DNA from: an uncultured delta proteobacterium
Lineage (GTDB): Bacteria > Myxococcota > Kuafuiibacteriia > Kuafuiibacteriales > Kuafuiibacteriaceae
Assembly: GCA_963803435.1 (NCBI GenBank)
Contig: CAWDML010000014.1
Location: forward strand, 192,001 to 256,000
Direction of reading: 5' to 3'
Length of the DNA: 64,000 nucleotides
A program made the translations under genes and the position numbers. Of the stretch, positions 50,310 to 59,660 are shown in pieces. The notes under the pieces were generated by a model, which was given only the letters and a program-made list of their open reading frames with translations, was not told the origin of the DNA and ran no database searches. Each line of letters begins with the position of its first letter. The first letter of the stretch is position 1.

Positions 50310-50890
50310 CTCAGCGCCTACCGAGCGAACGTCCCCAACGGCACCTACCGGGTGACGCTGAGGTTCGCGGAGACCTGGTCGGGCGTGACCGGGCCCGGAT
50401 AGCGTGTGTTCGGCGTGGCGATCGAGGGGATCGACGTCGCGCCCGACCTCGACGTCTTCGCCGCGGTGGGCTTTGCCCAGGCCTACCAGCTCGTCATCGA
50501 CGGCGTCTCCGTCCAGGATCAGCGGCTCGACCTCGAGTTCACCCCCAACCTGCTTTCGACCATGTTCGACGGCCTCGAGATCGCGGAGACGGCGATCGTC
50601 GAGCGGCGCATCTCGTCCGGGCTCGACGATGTCGAGGAGAACGCGAGCACCGGCGGGATCAACGCGACCAGCACCGACCTCGAGCTGGCCGTCGACAACA
50701 CCACTACGCAGGTGATCGGAATGCGATTCTCCGCGGTGGGCCTCCCGAACGGCGCCGTCATCACCAGCGCGCACGCGCAGTTCCAGGTGGACGAGGTGAG
50801 CAGCGCGGCACGGGCGCGCGGGTCGCCGAATCATTCGACGGCGTGGCGACGGCGGCACCGCTGCTGCATGTCGAGTATCTGGCGCCCTGA
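50310..50890 (+). pseudogene. Malectin-domain surface protein fragment
   Basis: VPNGTYRVTLRFAETW...GPG*RVFGVAIEG..DLDVFA (TAG at 50400-50402), then an internally deleted beta domain (DDVEE..STDLEL..VIGMRF). Confidence 0.7.
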
Positions 50891-50940
50891 AGGCGACTCA
50901 AGCGCGACGCCGAATCACGTGAAAGCCGAAGCGGGTCCCG

Positions 50941-51060
50941 ACGGCGGCACCGGACCTGACGATCGCGAACCGCGCGACCCACGTCGACGGCATGTTGCAG
51001 CTCGCGATCGACGACTGCACCGGCTGCCACGGGAACTCGAAGAACCTCGCGCCTCTCGAC
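50941..51060 (+). pseudogene. Multiheme cytochrome c fragment
   Basis: TIANRATHVDG...DDCTGCHGNSKNLAP with one CxxCH motif. Confidence 0.55.
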
Positions 51061-51161
51061 GCACCGGCGGAGAAGTCCGGCCTGCGCGTGATGCGCCGCT
51101 GGTTCGACTCCGCGGGCCCTGTTCAGCCGCAATCTGCGGGCCCGCTGAGCGCCGCCTCGAC
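51056..51161 (+). repeat. Direct repeat copy 2 (degenerate egtD 3' end)
   Basis: TCGACGCACCGGCGGAGAAGTCCGGCCTGCGCGTGATGCGCCGCTGGTTCGACTCCGCGGG...; one indel relative to copy 1. Confidence 0.9.
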
Positions 51162-51506
51162 GGGCCGCTCGCAGTCGAACACCAGCGTCCGTCCCTGCCA
51201 CTCGATCTGCATCCCGTTCGGCTCCACGTTGAGCCAGGAGAGGATCCGGCCCAGCAGGCGGCGCCGCTTCGGGCTCAGCGAACCGTCGAGGTCCGTGATC
51301 CGGCCCAGCTCGGCCCGCGGGATCACGATCTCGACGTGCTCCGACCTCGGCCGCCGGTCCTCCGGGAGCAGCGCCGCCAGCGCGCTCTTCTTCTCGAAGC
51401 TCTCGAAGCGGAGGCCGTCCTCGCCGAGCGTGAGCCACCCGTGGATCGGACCCTCCAAGTCCTCGAGCCCGCGCACGTAGGTGGCGTAGCTGGAGAAGGG
51501 GGTCAC
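51123..51506 (-). CDS. Hypothetical protein, last gene of the sugar ABC operon
   Basis: GTGA overlap with the permease stop; its 3' end lies inside repeat copy 2. Confidence 0.6.
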   Translation of the reverse strand: MTPFSSYATYVRGLEDLEGPIHGWLTLGEDGLRFESFEKKSALAALLPEDRRPRSEHVEIVIPRAELGRITDLDGSLSPKRRRLLGRILSWLNVEPNGMQIEWQGRTLVFDCERPVEAALSGPADCG

Positions 51507-52675
51507 CGGCGCTTCTTGGAGGAGACGTCGAACCAGACCGCCAGGATCACGACGAAGCCGCGGACCACGTACTCCCAGTTGGCGTCGATGCCCAGGAGCG
51601 TCATGCCGTTCCTCAACACGCCGATGATGAACGCGCCGATGATCGAGCCCTCCACGGTGCCGACCCCGCCCATGAGGCTGGTGCCGCCGATGACGACCGC
51701 CGCGATCGCGTCGAGCTCCGCCATCACGCCGGTGACGCCCGGAGAGACGCCGCCCGAGCGGGCCGCGTTGAGCATGCCGGCGACGCAGGCGAGGAGCGTC
51801 ATCAGCGTGAAGACGGTCAACCGCACCCGGAAGACGTTGATGCCGGAGAGGCGCGCCGCCTGCTCGTTGCCGCCGATCGCGTAGACGCGCCGGCCGAACG
51901 GCGTGAAGCGGAGGACGAAGGAGGCGGCCAGCACGATCACGATCAGCACCGCCACGAACATCGGGATGCCGTTGTGACCGAGGAACACGTAGCCGGCGAC
52001 GCCGAGCGCCAGCGTCCCGATCGTGATCTGTCCGGCGGTCTCGCGCGGCGACACCGGCAGCCCGTAGCGCTTCCTGCGCTTCACGCTCTGCAGCACCGAG
52101 AGCACCAGCACCGCCAGCGCCAGGAGCAGGAGCACCGCCGAGACCCAGTGCGGCAGGTACCAGGAGGCGAAGTCCTTGAACGTGTTCGTCTTGTCCGAGA
52201 GCCCGGTGGCGCCGCTGAGCAGGAGCGCCCCGCCGCGGGCCGCCGAAAGCACGCCCAGCGTGATCACGAAGGACGGGATGGAGAAGCGCCCCACCATGAA
52301 GCCGTCGAACAGGCCGATCATCAGCGCCGCCGCGAAGGTGGCGATCATCCCCACGCTGATCGCGATGGCCGCCGCCGCGCCCGGGCCCATGCTCTGGCTG
52401 ATCTTCTCGTAGACCGGGTTCTGGATCTGCAGATAGAGCACGCCGAACAGGGCCATCAGCGAGCCGACGCCCAGATCGATGCCGCCGATGAGGATCACGT
52501 ACGTCATCCCGACGGCGAGCACCGAGGTGATGGTCACCTGCAGGGTGAGGTTCGAGAGGTTCTCCGGCGTGAGCACGAACGACTCGCCGTGCGTCACCAG
52601 CTCGAAGACGACGATCAGCGCCAGGATCACCGCCAGCGCCAGCAGGTTCCCGTTGTCCTTCAAGAACTGTTTCAT
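51503..52675 (-). CDS. xylH: Monosaccharide ABC transporter permease (XylH-like)
   Basis: GMTYVILIGGIDLGVGS, IPSFVITLG, FGRRVYAIGGNEQAARLSGI, ELDAIAAVVIGGTSL. Confidence 0.9.
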   Translation of the reverse strand: MKQFLKDNGNLLALAVILALIVVFELVTHGESFVLTPENLSNLTLQVTITSVLAVGMTYVILIGGIDLGVGSLMALFGVLYLQIQNPVYEKISQSMGPGAAAAIAISVGMIATFAAALMIGLFDGFMVGRFSIPSFVITLGVLSAARGGALLLSGATGLSDKTNTFKDFASWYLPHWVSAVLLLLALAVLVLSVLQSVKRRKRYGLPVSPRETAGQITIGTLALGVAGYVFLGHNGIPMFVAVLIVIVLAASFVLRFTPFGRRVYAIGGNEQAARLSGINVFRVRLTVFTLMTLLACVAGMLNAARSGGVSPGVTGVMAELDAIAAVVIGGTSLMGGVGTVEGSIIGAFIIGVLRNGMTLLGIDANWEYVVRGFVVILAVWFDVSSKKRR

Positions 52676-54240
52676 CGCGCGCGCGCGCTCCTCGACTCGC
52701 CCAGGGTCGCGTAGCTCATGATGACCTCTTCTGTCGCCTCCACCCTCGACAGGTCCGCGGCCTTTTCTCCCTCGCGCATCACCAGGATCCGATCCGCCAT
52801 CCCGAGGACCTCGGGGAGCTCGGAGGAGATCATCACGATCGCCACGCCCTGGCGCGCCAGGTCGTTCATCAGGCCGTAGATCTCGGCCTTGGCGCCGACG
52901 TCGACGCCGCGGGTGGGCTCGTCGAGGATCAGGACCTTCGGCTGGGCCAGCAGCCACTTCGCGATCACGACCTTCTGCTGGTTCCCGCCGGAGAGGCTCT
53001 CGATCTTGGTCTCGAGCGAGGGCGTCTTGACGCGCAGGCGTTGCACCATCTCCTCGACCCGCCGCTTCTCCTCCAGGCGATCCACGATGGACCAGCGGCT
53101 GAGCTGATCGAGCACCGCCAGCGAGGCGTTCTCCCGCACCGACATGCCCAGCACCAGCCCGAGGAGCTTCCGGTCCTCGGTGACCAGCCCGATCCCGGCG
53201 GCGATCGCGTCGGCCGGGCTCCCGATCGAGACCACCTGGCCGTCGACGCGGACCACCCCGCGGGTCTGCCGCGGGAACGTCCCGAAGATGCCCTCCACCA
53301 GCTCGGTGCGGCCCGATCCCATCAGGCCGGTGATCCCGAGGATCTCGCCGGCGTGGACCTCGAAGCTGACGCGATCGACCCGGCGCTCCCCGACGAGCAG
53401 CGGATGGTCGACGATCATCTCCTCGACCGCGAGCACCACCCTGCCCTTCTCCACCTGGCGCGGCGGATAGAGATCGCCGAGCTCGCGTCCCACCATCCGG
53501 GAGATGATCTGATCGTCCGACAGCGCGGTCATGTCCTCGACCTCGCCGATCGACGCGCCGTCCCGCAGCACCGCCACCTTGTCCGCGATCTGCCGGAGCT
53601 CGTCCATCTTGTGGGAGATGTAGATCATCGCCACGTCCCGGGACTTCAGCTCGCGCAGGATCTTGAAGAGCTCGGCGACCTCGCGATCCGAGAGGGCCGA
53701 GGTGGGCTCGTCCAGGATCAGGATATCGGCCTGGATCGAGAGCGCCTTCGCGATCTCCACCATCTGCTGGCGGCCCACCGTCAGCTCGCGAACCTTCTGC
53801 TGCGGGCTGGTGTCCATGCCCAGGCTCAGCAGGAGCTGCTCGGTGTCCGCGTGCAGCTTCCGCCAGTCGACCAAGCCGAACGCGCCCGTGGGGAGCCGGT
53901 TGAGGAAGACGTTCTCGGCCACCGTCAGATCGGCGACCAGGTTGAGCTCCTGGTGGATGATCGCGATCCCCGCGTCCTCGGCGTCCTGCGTGCTCCCGAA
54001 GTAGCGGCGCTGGCCCTTCACGTAGAGCTCGCCCTCGTACGTGTCGCAGGACCACACGCCCGAGAGCACCTTCATCAGCGTCGACTTGCCGGCTCCGTTC
54101 TCACCGACCAGCGCCAGGATCTCGCCGCGCTTCGCGTGGAGGTTGACCTTGTTCAGCGCGCGGACGCCCGGAAAGTCCTTCACGATGTCGACCATCCGAA
54201 GGACCTCGGACGTCTGAAGCGCGTCCCCGGCGGAGGTCAC
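52672..54240 (-). CDS. xylG: Monosaccharide ABC transporter ATP-binding protein (XylG-like, tandem NBD)
   Basis: GENGAGKSTLMK, LILDEPT, LSGGNQQK, DEPTRGVDVGAK. Confidence 0.93.
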   Translation of the reverse strand: MTSAGDALQTSEVLRMVDIVKDFPGVRALNKVNLHAKRGEILALVGENGAGKSTLMKVLSGVWSCDTYEGELYVKGQRRYFGSTQDAEDAGIAIIHQELNLVADLTVAENVFLNRLPTGAFGLVDWRKLHADTEQLLLSLGMDTSPQQKVRELTVGRQQMVEIAKALSIQADILILDEPTSALSDREVAELFKILRELKSRDVAMIYISHKMDELRQIADKVAVLRDGASIGEVEDMTALSDDQIISRMVGRELGDLYPPRQVEKGRVVLAVEEMIVDHPLLVGERRVDRVSFEVHAGEILGITGLMGSGRTELVEGIFGTFPRQTRGVVRVDGQVVSIGSPADAIAAGIGLVTEDRKLLGLVLGMSVRENASLAVLDQLSRWSIVDRLEEKRRVEEMVQRLRVKTPSLETKIESLSGGNQQKVVIAKWLLAQPKVLILDEPTRGVDVGAKAEIYGLMNDLARQGVAIVMISSELPEVLGMADRILVMREGEKAADLSRVEATEEVIMSYATLGESRSARAR

Positions 54241-55307
54241 GGCGTCTCGGCACCGTAGACGGCTTCCTTCGAGTGGTAGCCGGACAGGACGACGGTGTCG
54301 TCGATCGTATCCTTGGTGACCGCGTAGATCGGCGTGACGACGGTCGGGACCTTCTTCTTACCGTTGTCCAGCTCGGTGATCTTGAGCGTCTTGCCGTGCT
54401 TCGCCATCAGCGGATCCGAGTAGGCCTTGAGCGCGCCCTCGTCGATCGGCTCGTTCTTCGCCAGCTTGGCCGCGACCAGCGCCGCCACCGAGGCGAGGGG
54501 CTGGATCGCCTTGAAGACATCCATCGCGATCTGATCCTTCGCGATGGCCTGCACGTTGCGGAGGTCACCGTCGGATCCGGCGATGAAGATCTTCTTCGTC
54601 AGCCCGCGCGCCTCCACGGTCTGGAAGACGCCCCAGGCCAGGCCCGAGTTGTTGCAGATGAACGCATCGATCCCGTCCTCACCATACTTGGTGAACGCGT
54701 CCTCGGCGGTCTGCTGCGCCCGCTCGGGGGCCCAGCCCTCGTGGCTCTTCTCCTCGAGCAGCTTGATCTCGCCCTTCTCGGCGGCCTCGTAGACCCCCTT
54801 CGAGAAGGCCTCGGCGTTGGCGTCGCCCGGCTGTCCCTTGATCAGGAAGACGCGCTTGTCCTTGCCGAGCTTGTCGATCAGCGCCTGCACCTGGAGCCGG
54901 CCCACCTCGAACGAGTCCTGCGTGACGAACCAGTCCACGTCGCTGTTGCTGACGTTGACGTCGTAGGCCACCACCTTGACGTTCTTCTCGTGCGCCTTGT
55001 CGACCAGCGTCGCGGCGGTGGCGTGGTTGACCGGCTGGAGCACCAGGACGTCGATCCCGCGGGTCAGCATGGTCTCGACCTTCGCGATCTGGGTCTGCTC
55101 GTCGTTGTTGCAGGAGTCGAACAGCACCTCGGCGCCGATCTTCTTGGCGTACTCCTCGAAGGCGGCCTTGTCGGCCTTGTAGCGCTCCTCCTGCATGGTC
55201 TTGAGCACGAAGCCGATCTTGGGACCGGAGGGATGCTCGCCGCCGCTGCCCTTTTGGCAGCCGAGCAGGACGGAAAGACAGAGACCGAAGGTTGCGAGCT
55301 TTCTCAT
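54237..55307 (-). CDS. xylF: Monosaccharide-binding lipoprotein (XylF-like)
   Basis: Lipobox LLGC; QEERYKADK, VVAYD, KGQPGDANA, DVFKAIQPLA. Confidence 0.85.
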   Translation of the reverse strand: MRKLATFGLCLSVLLGCQKGSGGEHPSGPKIGFVLKTMQEERYKADKAAFEEYAKKIGAEVLFDSCNNDEQTQIAKVETMLTRGIDVLVLQPVNHATAATLVDKAHEKNVKVVAYDVNVSNSDVDWFVTQDSFEVGRLQVQALIDKLGKDKRVFLIKGQPGDANAEAFSKGVYEAAEKGEIKLLEEKSHEGWAPERAQQTAEDAFTKYGEDGIDAFICNNSGLAWGVFQTVEARGLTKKIFIAGSDGDLRNVQAIAKDQIAMDVFKAIQPLASVAALVAAKLAKNEPIDEGALKAYSDPLMAKHGKTLKITELDNGKKKVPTVVTPIYAVTKDTIDDTVVLSGYHSKEAVYGAETP

Positions 55308-55318
55308 GGCGGGCCCTC

Positions 55319-56842
55319 TTACCACGACATTTGCGCCTGGATCTTGAAAACCGAATCGTCCGGCTGGGTGATCGAGCGATCGCCGGCGATCTGGTTGGGG
55401 CGGAGCTGAACATTATCGCCATACCAGTACTTCGAATAGGAGAGGTAAACGTCGAGGTTCAGATCCGCCAGCGGGTGCACGCCCAGGCGCGGGGTGAGCA
55501 CGCGGAACGCGAGCGAGTCGTGATCCGTATCGAGAATGACGCGGTCGAAGCGGAGGCTCACGAACAACCAGTCGACCGCGCTCCAGTGCGGCCGGTACGA
55601 GGGCTCCACGCCCCACTTGAACCAGACGCGCTGATGGAAGTTCTCCACGGGGTTCTCGGAGAAGGTGTCGCTCGCCACCCAGGCCAGCATGCCGAACCAC
55701 CGCACCGACAGGCCCGAGAGCGCGCGCGCCACGTCGTGACCCGCGAAGGTCTCGAAGAGCCGCGCCGGCTGCCAGTCGATGTCGCCGCCGAAGACCAGGG
55801 CCTCGCCGGTGCCGTCGTCGACGTCGCCGAAGAAGTTCTGCGTGAGACCGCGGCCGCCGGTGCTGTGGAGCACCTCGTAGCTGTTGGCGAGGAACAGGAC
55901 CTGGCGGACTTGATCGAAGGAGACCAGGAGGTGCGCCGGACCGACGTACGGGATCGCGGCCCGGGCCTCGCCGCCGAACACGCGCAGCACGCCGTTCTGC
56001 ACGATCGAGAACTCGCGCTTGTCGCCGGTCCAGCTCATCCCGTAGAAGCCGCTCAGATCCAGGAAGCCGAGGTCGACGCCCAAGCTCCCCCAGAGCACCG
56101 GTGTGAAGCCTTGGTTGGCGCCGATGACATCCGCGTGCGCGCCGAAGCCGGCCTTCGCGTACACCAGATCGAAGATCTTCGTCTTGAGCCGCAGCCCGGC
56201 GACGTGCATCCGGCCGAGCAGATACGTGTCGTAGTCCGGCATGTACCCGTTGCGATCCCAGAACATGCCCGCCCGGATCCCCAGGTCGACGTGATCGCCC
56301 AGCTTGCGCTCGTGCTCGACGAACGCCGTGGCGAACCCGCTCTGTCCCGACAGCGTCGTCTCCGACCAGTCCGTGAACTGCGAGGCCATCAGCCCCACGC
56401 ACAGACGCGTCGTCTTGTTGTAGCCGACGTTGACGAACAGCTCGGCGTACTCGGTCTCGTTGACGCGCGTGTAGGCGAAGCCGGAGTTGTAATAGTGATC
56501 GTCCACCAGGTAGGGCGGCCGTGCGTTCTTCGGTGAGCCGTGGAAGCGCACCGGCATGCGCACGTAGCCGTGAAAGCCGAAGTCCCAGCCATCGTCGTCG
56601 AGGCCGAGGTCCTCCGAGAACACCGGGCGCGCCAGCGGGACGGGGCCGAGCACGCTGTTGGTCGCGGGCGTGATCTCGGCCTCCGCCCCGAGCGGCGCCG
56701 GATCCGGCGCGGCCTCGGCGGGCGGGGGCGTCTCGGCCGGCTCGACCGCGGGCTCGTCGCCGGGAGGCAGCTCGTCGTCTTGGGCGCGGGCCGTCGCCGG
56801 GACGAGCAGCGCGACCAGGAGCAGCGCGGGATCAAGTCTCAC
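55319..56842 (-). CDS. Putative outer-membrane carbohydrate porin
   Basis: Signal peptide, Pro/Glu linker, WDFGFHGYVRMP start of barrel, amphipathic strands, C-terminal FKIQAQMSW. Confidence 0.65.
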   Translation of the reverse strand: MRLDPALLLVALLVPATARAQDDELPPGDEPAVEPAETPPPAEAAPDPAPLGAEAEITPATNSVLGPVPLARPVFSEDLGLDDDGWDFGFHGYVRMPVRFHGSPKNARPPYLVDDHYYNSGFAYTRVNETEYAELFVNVGYNKTTRLCVGLMASQFTDWSETTLSGQSGFATAFVEHERKLGDHVDLGIRAGMFWDRNGYMPDYDTYLLGRMHVAGLRLKTKIFDLVYAKAGFGAHADVIGANQGFTPVLWGSLGVDLGFLDLSGFYGMSWTGDKREFSIVQNGVLRVFGGEARAAIPYVGPAHLLVSFDQVRQVLFLANSYEVLHSTGGRGLTQNFFGDVDDGTGEALVFGGDIDWQPARLFETFAGHDVARALSGLSVRWFGMLAWVASDTFSENPVENFHQRVWFKWGVEPSYRPHWSAVDWLFVSLRFDRVILDTDHDSLAFRVLTPRLGVHPLADLNLDVYLSYSKYWYGDNVQLRPNQIAGDRSITQPDDSVFKIQAQMSW

Positions 56843-59456
56843 GGCGCTTCCTCCTCCTCATGATCACGATCGCCCCCAAGAGCGAGATCAGGATGATCGC
56901 GCTGTCCACGCCCGACCCCGGGCCGGCGGCGCGGCACAGGGACGCGGGCCCGTCGTCGAAGACGCGGCCCATCATGTCGCCGGGTCCCTGGCTGCTCTGC
57001 ATCGCCATGCAGACACCGCCCATCAGCAGGAAGCCCTGCGCACAGTCGGTGCAGAACGAGCCCTGGTAGCCGGCCTCGCAGGTGCACACGATCCCGTCCG
57101 AGTCGTCGCAGGTGCCGTGGCCGTTGCAGGTCGTCTCGGTGCACGAGGTGTCCATCGAGCAGGCGCCAGCGTCGTCGTGGAAGCCGGCGTCACAAGCGCA
57201 GGTGAAGTCGCTCCCGTCCGGCGTGCACTGGGTCTTGTTCGCCTCGGTGCAGGGGTTGTTGAAGCAGGGATCGGTGCAGTGATCGAAGCCGCCGTCGTAC
57301 GCCGGATCGGGCGTCCCGTACTTGCGGAGCTGGGACATCATCCAGGCGCCTGCGCCGTACCCGACCATGGGCACGACGCCGGTGTAGCGGCCGTTGTCCT
57401 TGTCGTAGAGCTCGGGGACCAGGAAGTCGTTCTGGACCGCGTTGCTCGTGATCTTGGTGAGCAGCTCCTCCGCCCGCCCGGTGTAGCTGCCGTTGGCCTT
57501 GGCCGTCCCGAGGACACGCCAGGCGTCGGCGATCCGGACGTCGAGGAGGATCCACTCCGAGAGGTCGTACGTGTTGGCGGAGCTCTCGCCGGTCAGCGAG
57601 AGCATGGGCTCGAGGCGACGGTACCCGCCGAAGCCCGTGATCAGCCGGCTGAAGGAGTTGAGCGTGCCCAGATAGAGCGGGTCGTCCGTCGTGACCAAGC
57701 CCCAGTCGAGGAACCCGACCACCGATCCGTCGACGTGCACGTCGCTGCCGGCGACGCCGACGTGGCTGGCGAAGCTGTTCGTCGGTGAGTGCACCAGCGC
57801 GGACTTCGCGGTGTCGAGCATCTGCTGCGCGAGCTGGCGGTAGTGATCGGAGAGATCGGTTCGTCCCTTCAGCGCGGCGATGTCGGCGAAGTCGAACAGC
57901 CCGCGGATCTGCGTGGCCGCCGTGTAGCCGAACACCTGGCGGCGATCCCAGTGCACCTCCCAGATGGAAGCGTCGGCGCCGGGAAGCCCGCCCGACTCGT
58001 ACGCCTCGATGTCCTGCGCGATCTGGGTGAGCGCCTCGAAGACCGTGTCGCCCTTCCACGTCTGCGTGTCGAGCCAGCCGACGTCGCAGCTGTTGTGGAG
58101 GTACTGCCGCGCCGCCCACAGGATCAGGCCCCAGCCGTCGGTCTCGATGTTCGGACCCTCCTGGTTGAAGTCGGCCTCCTCGGTCCCGTTGCCGAAGTAC
58201 CGGCACACCGAGACCCGATACGGCCGGCCGAGATAGTTGGTGTCGTCGAAGAAGCCGGAGTCGGCGCCGATGAAGAACTCGACGGCGCGCCGCGCCTCGT
58301 CGGTGTGGCCGGTCATCGCGAGCGCGCTGATCCCGTAGGTCGCGTCGCGAACCCAGCCGGTGTGCCACTCGCCGATCGGCAGCGCCGCCAGCATCATGCC
58401 GTCGTTCTTCTTCTCGCGCTCCCGGATCTGGCCCATCCGCAGGACCGCCTCCGACTGGCGCCAGAGCTTGAGCTCGTTGGCGTTGAGCTGTGAGGGCGCC
58501 TTCGCGGAACGCCACGCCTCGAACTCCGCCAGCGAGTCGGTGTGGATGGTGCCGGCGTCCCGATCGGCCGCGAACGCGGTCCAGAGCGCGAGGATGTCGG
58601 CGACGCTGCGGCTGTCCTTGAAGAGGTTGGCGCGCGGATCGTTCGGGTTGTCGTTCACGAACAGGACCGCCTGTCCCCACCAGGCGCTCGCGCCCGCGTC
58701 GATCGTGACGTCGTGCTGGGTCACCAGCACCTGGCCCGTGCCGTTGCAGCTGTGGTTGTCGCCGATGTTCCCGCTCGACAGCACCGCGTTGTACACCGTC
58801 GGATCGGTCCCGCAACTCGCGTGCGTGACGTCGCCGATCGGCACGTAGATCACATGGCCGCCGCCGGGCCCGGTCTCCACACCGTTCGGCGGGGTGGCGG
58901 TGTCATTCCACGTGATCTGCTCGCCGGACTCGTCCGGATCGACGCGACCGTTGCCGAGCAGCATGTTCGGCTTCGCGTAGATCGACACGGTCATCGGGCT
59001 GCCGCCGCTGTTGGTGACCTTCATCAGCATCAGCATGCCGTTGCCCGCGTAGCCGAACGGCGCGTAGAAATAGGTGTCGATGCCGGCACCATTCACGCTG
59101 GCGGTGCCGTGGATGATGTTCGTCTGCGCTTCGTACTCGATCTGGCTGTAGTCGGAGCACTCGGCGCTGCCGCACTTGTTGATCCACTTGCTGGTCCCGT
59201 TGACCCGCACGCCGAAGTAGATGTCGTGGGCCAGGTCGCGCCGCCCGATGCCAAAGGTGCGATCGTCGGCGCCGGAGGCGACGTAGCGATACGGATGCTC
59301 GAGGAAGTACGTGATCCGGTCCTCTTGCCGGTCGAAGACCTGAAAGCCGTGCCCGTTGCCGGTGGGCATGAAGTACCATGTGCGTGTTTGTGCCCCGGCT
59401 TCCGACGCCGCTGTGACGAGCAGGAGTCCGAGCACGCAGATCAGGGGCCTCGACAT
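56832..59456 (-). CDS. GH15-like glucoamylase with EGF-like repeats and a MYXO-CTERM-like tail
   Basis: Signal peptide; WVRDA, SIWEV, LVPELYD; CNGHGTC..CTCEAGY; SLC...TM...MRRRKRR. Confidence 0.8.
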   Translation of the reverse strand: MSRPLICVLGLLLVTAASEAGAQTRTWYFMPTGNGHGFQVFDRQEDRITYFLEHPYRYVASGADDRTFGIGRRDLAHDIYFGVRVNGTSKWINKCGSAECSDYSQIEYEAQTNIIHGTASVNGAGIDTYFYAPFGYAGNGMLMLMKVTNSGGSPMTVSIYAKPNMLLGNGRVDPDESGEQITWNDTATPPNGVETGPGGGHVIYVPIGDVTHASCGTDPTVYNAVLSSGNIGDNHSCNGTGQVLVTQHDVTIDAGASAWWGQAVLFVNDNPNDPRANLFKDSRSVADILALWTAFAADRDAGTIHTDSLAEFEAWRSAKAPSQLNANELKLWRQSEAVLRMGQIREREKKNDGMMLAALPIGEWHTGWVRDATYGISALAMTGHTDEARRAVEFFIGADSGFFDDTNYLGRPYRVSVCRYFGNGTEEADFNQEGPNIETDGWGLILWAARQYLHNSCDVGWLDTQTWKGDTVFEALTQIAQDIEAYESGGLPGADASIWEVHWDRRQVFGYTAATQIRGLFDFADIAALKGRTDLSDHYRQLAQQMLDTAKSALVHSPTNSFASHVGVAGSDVHVDGSVVGFLDWGLVTTDDPLYLGTLNSFSRLITGFGGYRRLEPMLSLTGESSANTYDLSEWILLDVRIADAWRVLGTAKANGSYTGRAEELLTKITSNAVQNDFLVPELYDKDNGRYTGVVPMVGYGAGAWMMSQLRKYGTPDPAYDGGFDHCTDPCFNNPCTEANKTQCTPDGSDFTCACDAGFHDDAGACSMDTSCTETTCNGHGTCDDSDGIVCTCEAGYQGSFCTDCAQGFLLMGGVCMAMQSSQGPGDMMGRVFDDGPASLCRAAGPGSGVDSAIILISLLGAIVIMRRRKRRET

Positions 59457-59537
59457 CGTCTACCTGGGGTAGCACATGTGACTGGAACGTCGAGGGCTCG
59501 CCGCCCGATCTCGGCCGTCCGGCCGATGTCAGAATCA

Positions 59538-59550
59538 GCCAGCCGGTCCA
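59538..59550 (-). promoter_or_regulatory. Candidate operator TGGACCGGCTGGC, copy 2
   Basis: Identical to 37635-37647. Confidence 0.35.
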
Positions 59551-59660
59551 ACTTGAACCGTAGCGTCGGGGTCCACGCGCCCGATTCCGCTCTAAACCTA
59601 GATCCGTAGACGAAACAATGGGTTGCCCGACTTGGCGAGGCGTTGGACCCTCGGCGCGTC

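Larger units (their letters stand above)
47757..51055. mobile_element. Decayed insertion between egtD 3'-end direct repeats
   Basis: Flanked by the direct repeat; contents are gene fragments and a toxin-antitoxin-like pair; no integrase or transposase seen. Confidence 0.6.

Noticed and set aside
50400-50402. In-frame TAG as pyrrolysine or readthrough
   Set aside because: It lies in a truncated fragment, is one change from CAG, and TAG is a normal stop in other genes here.
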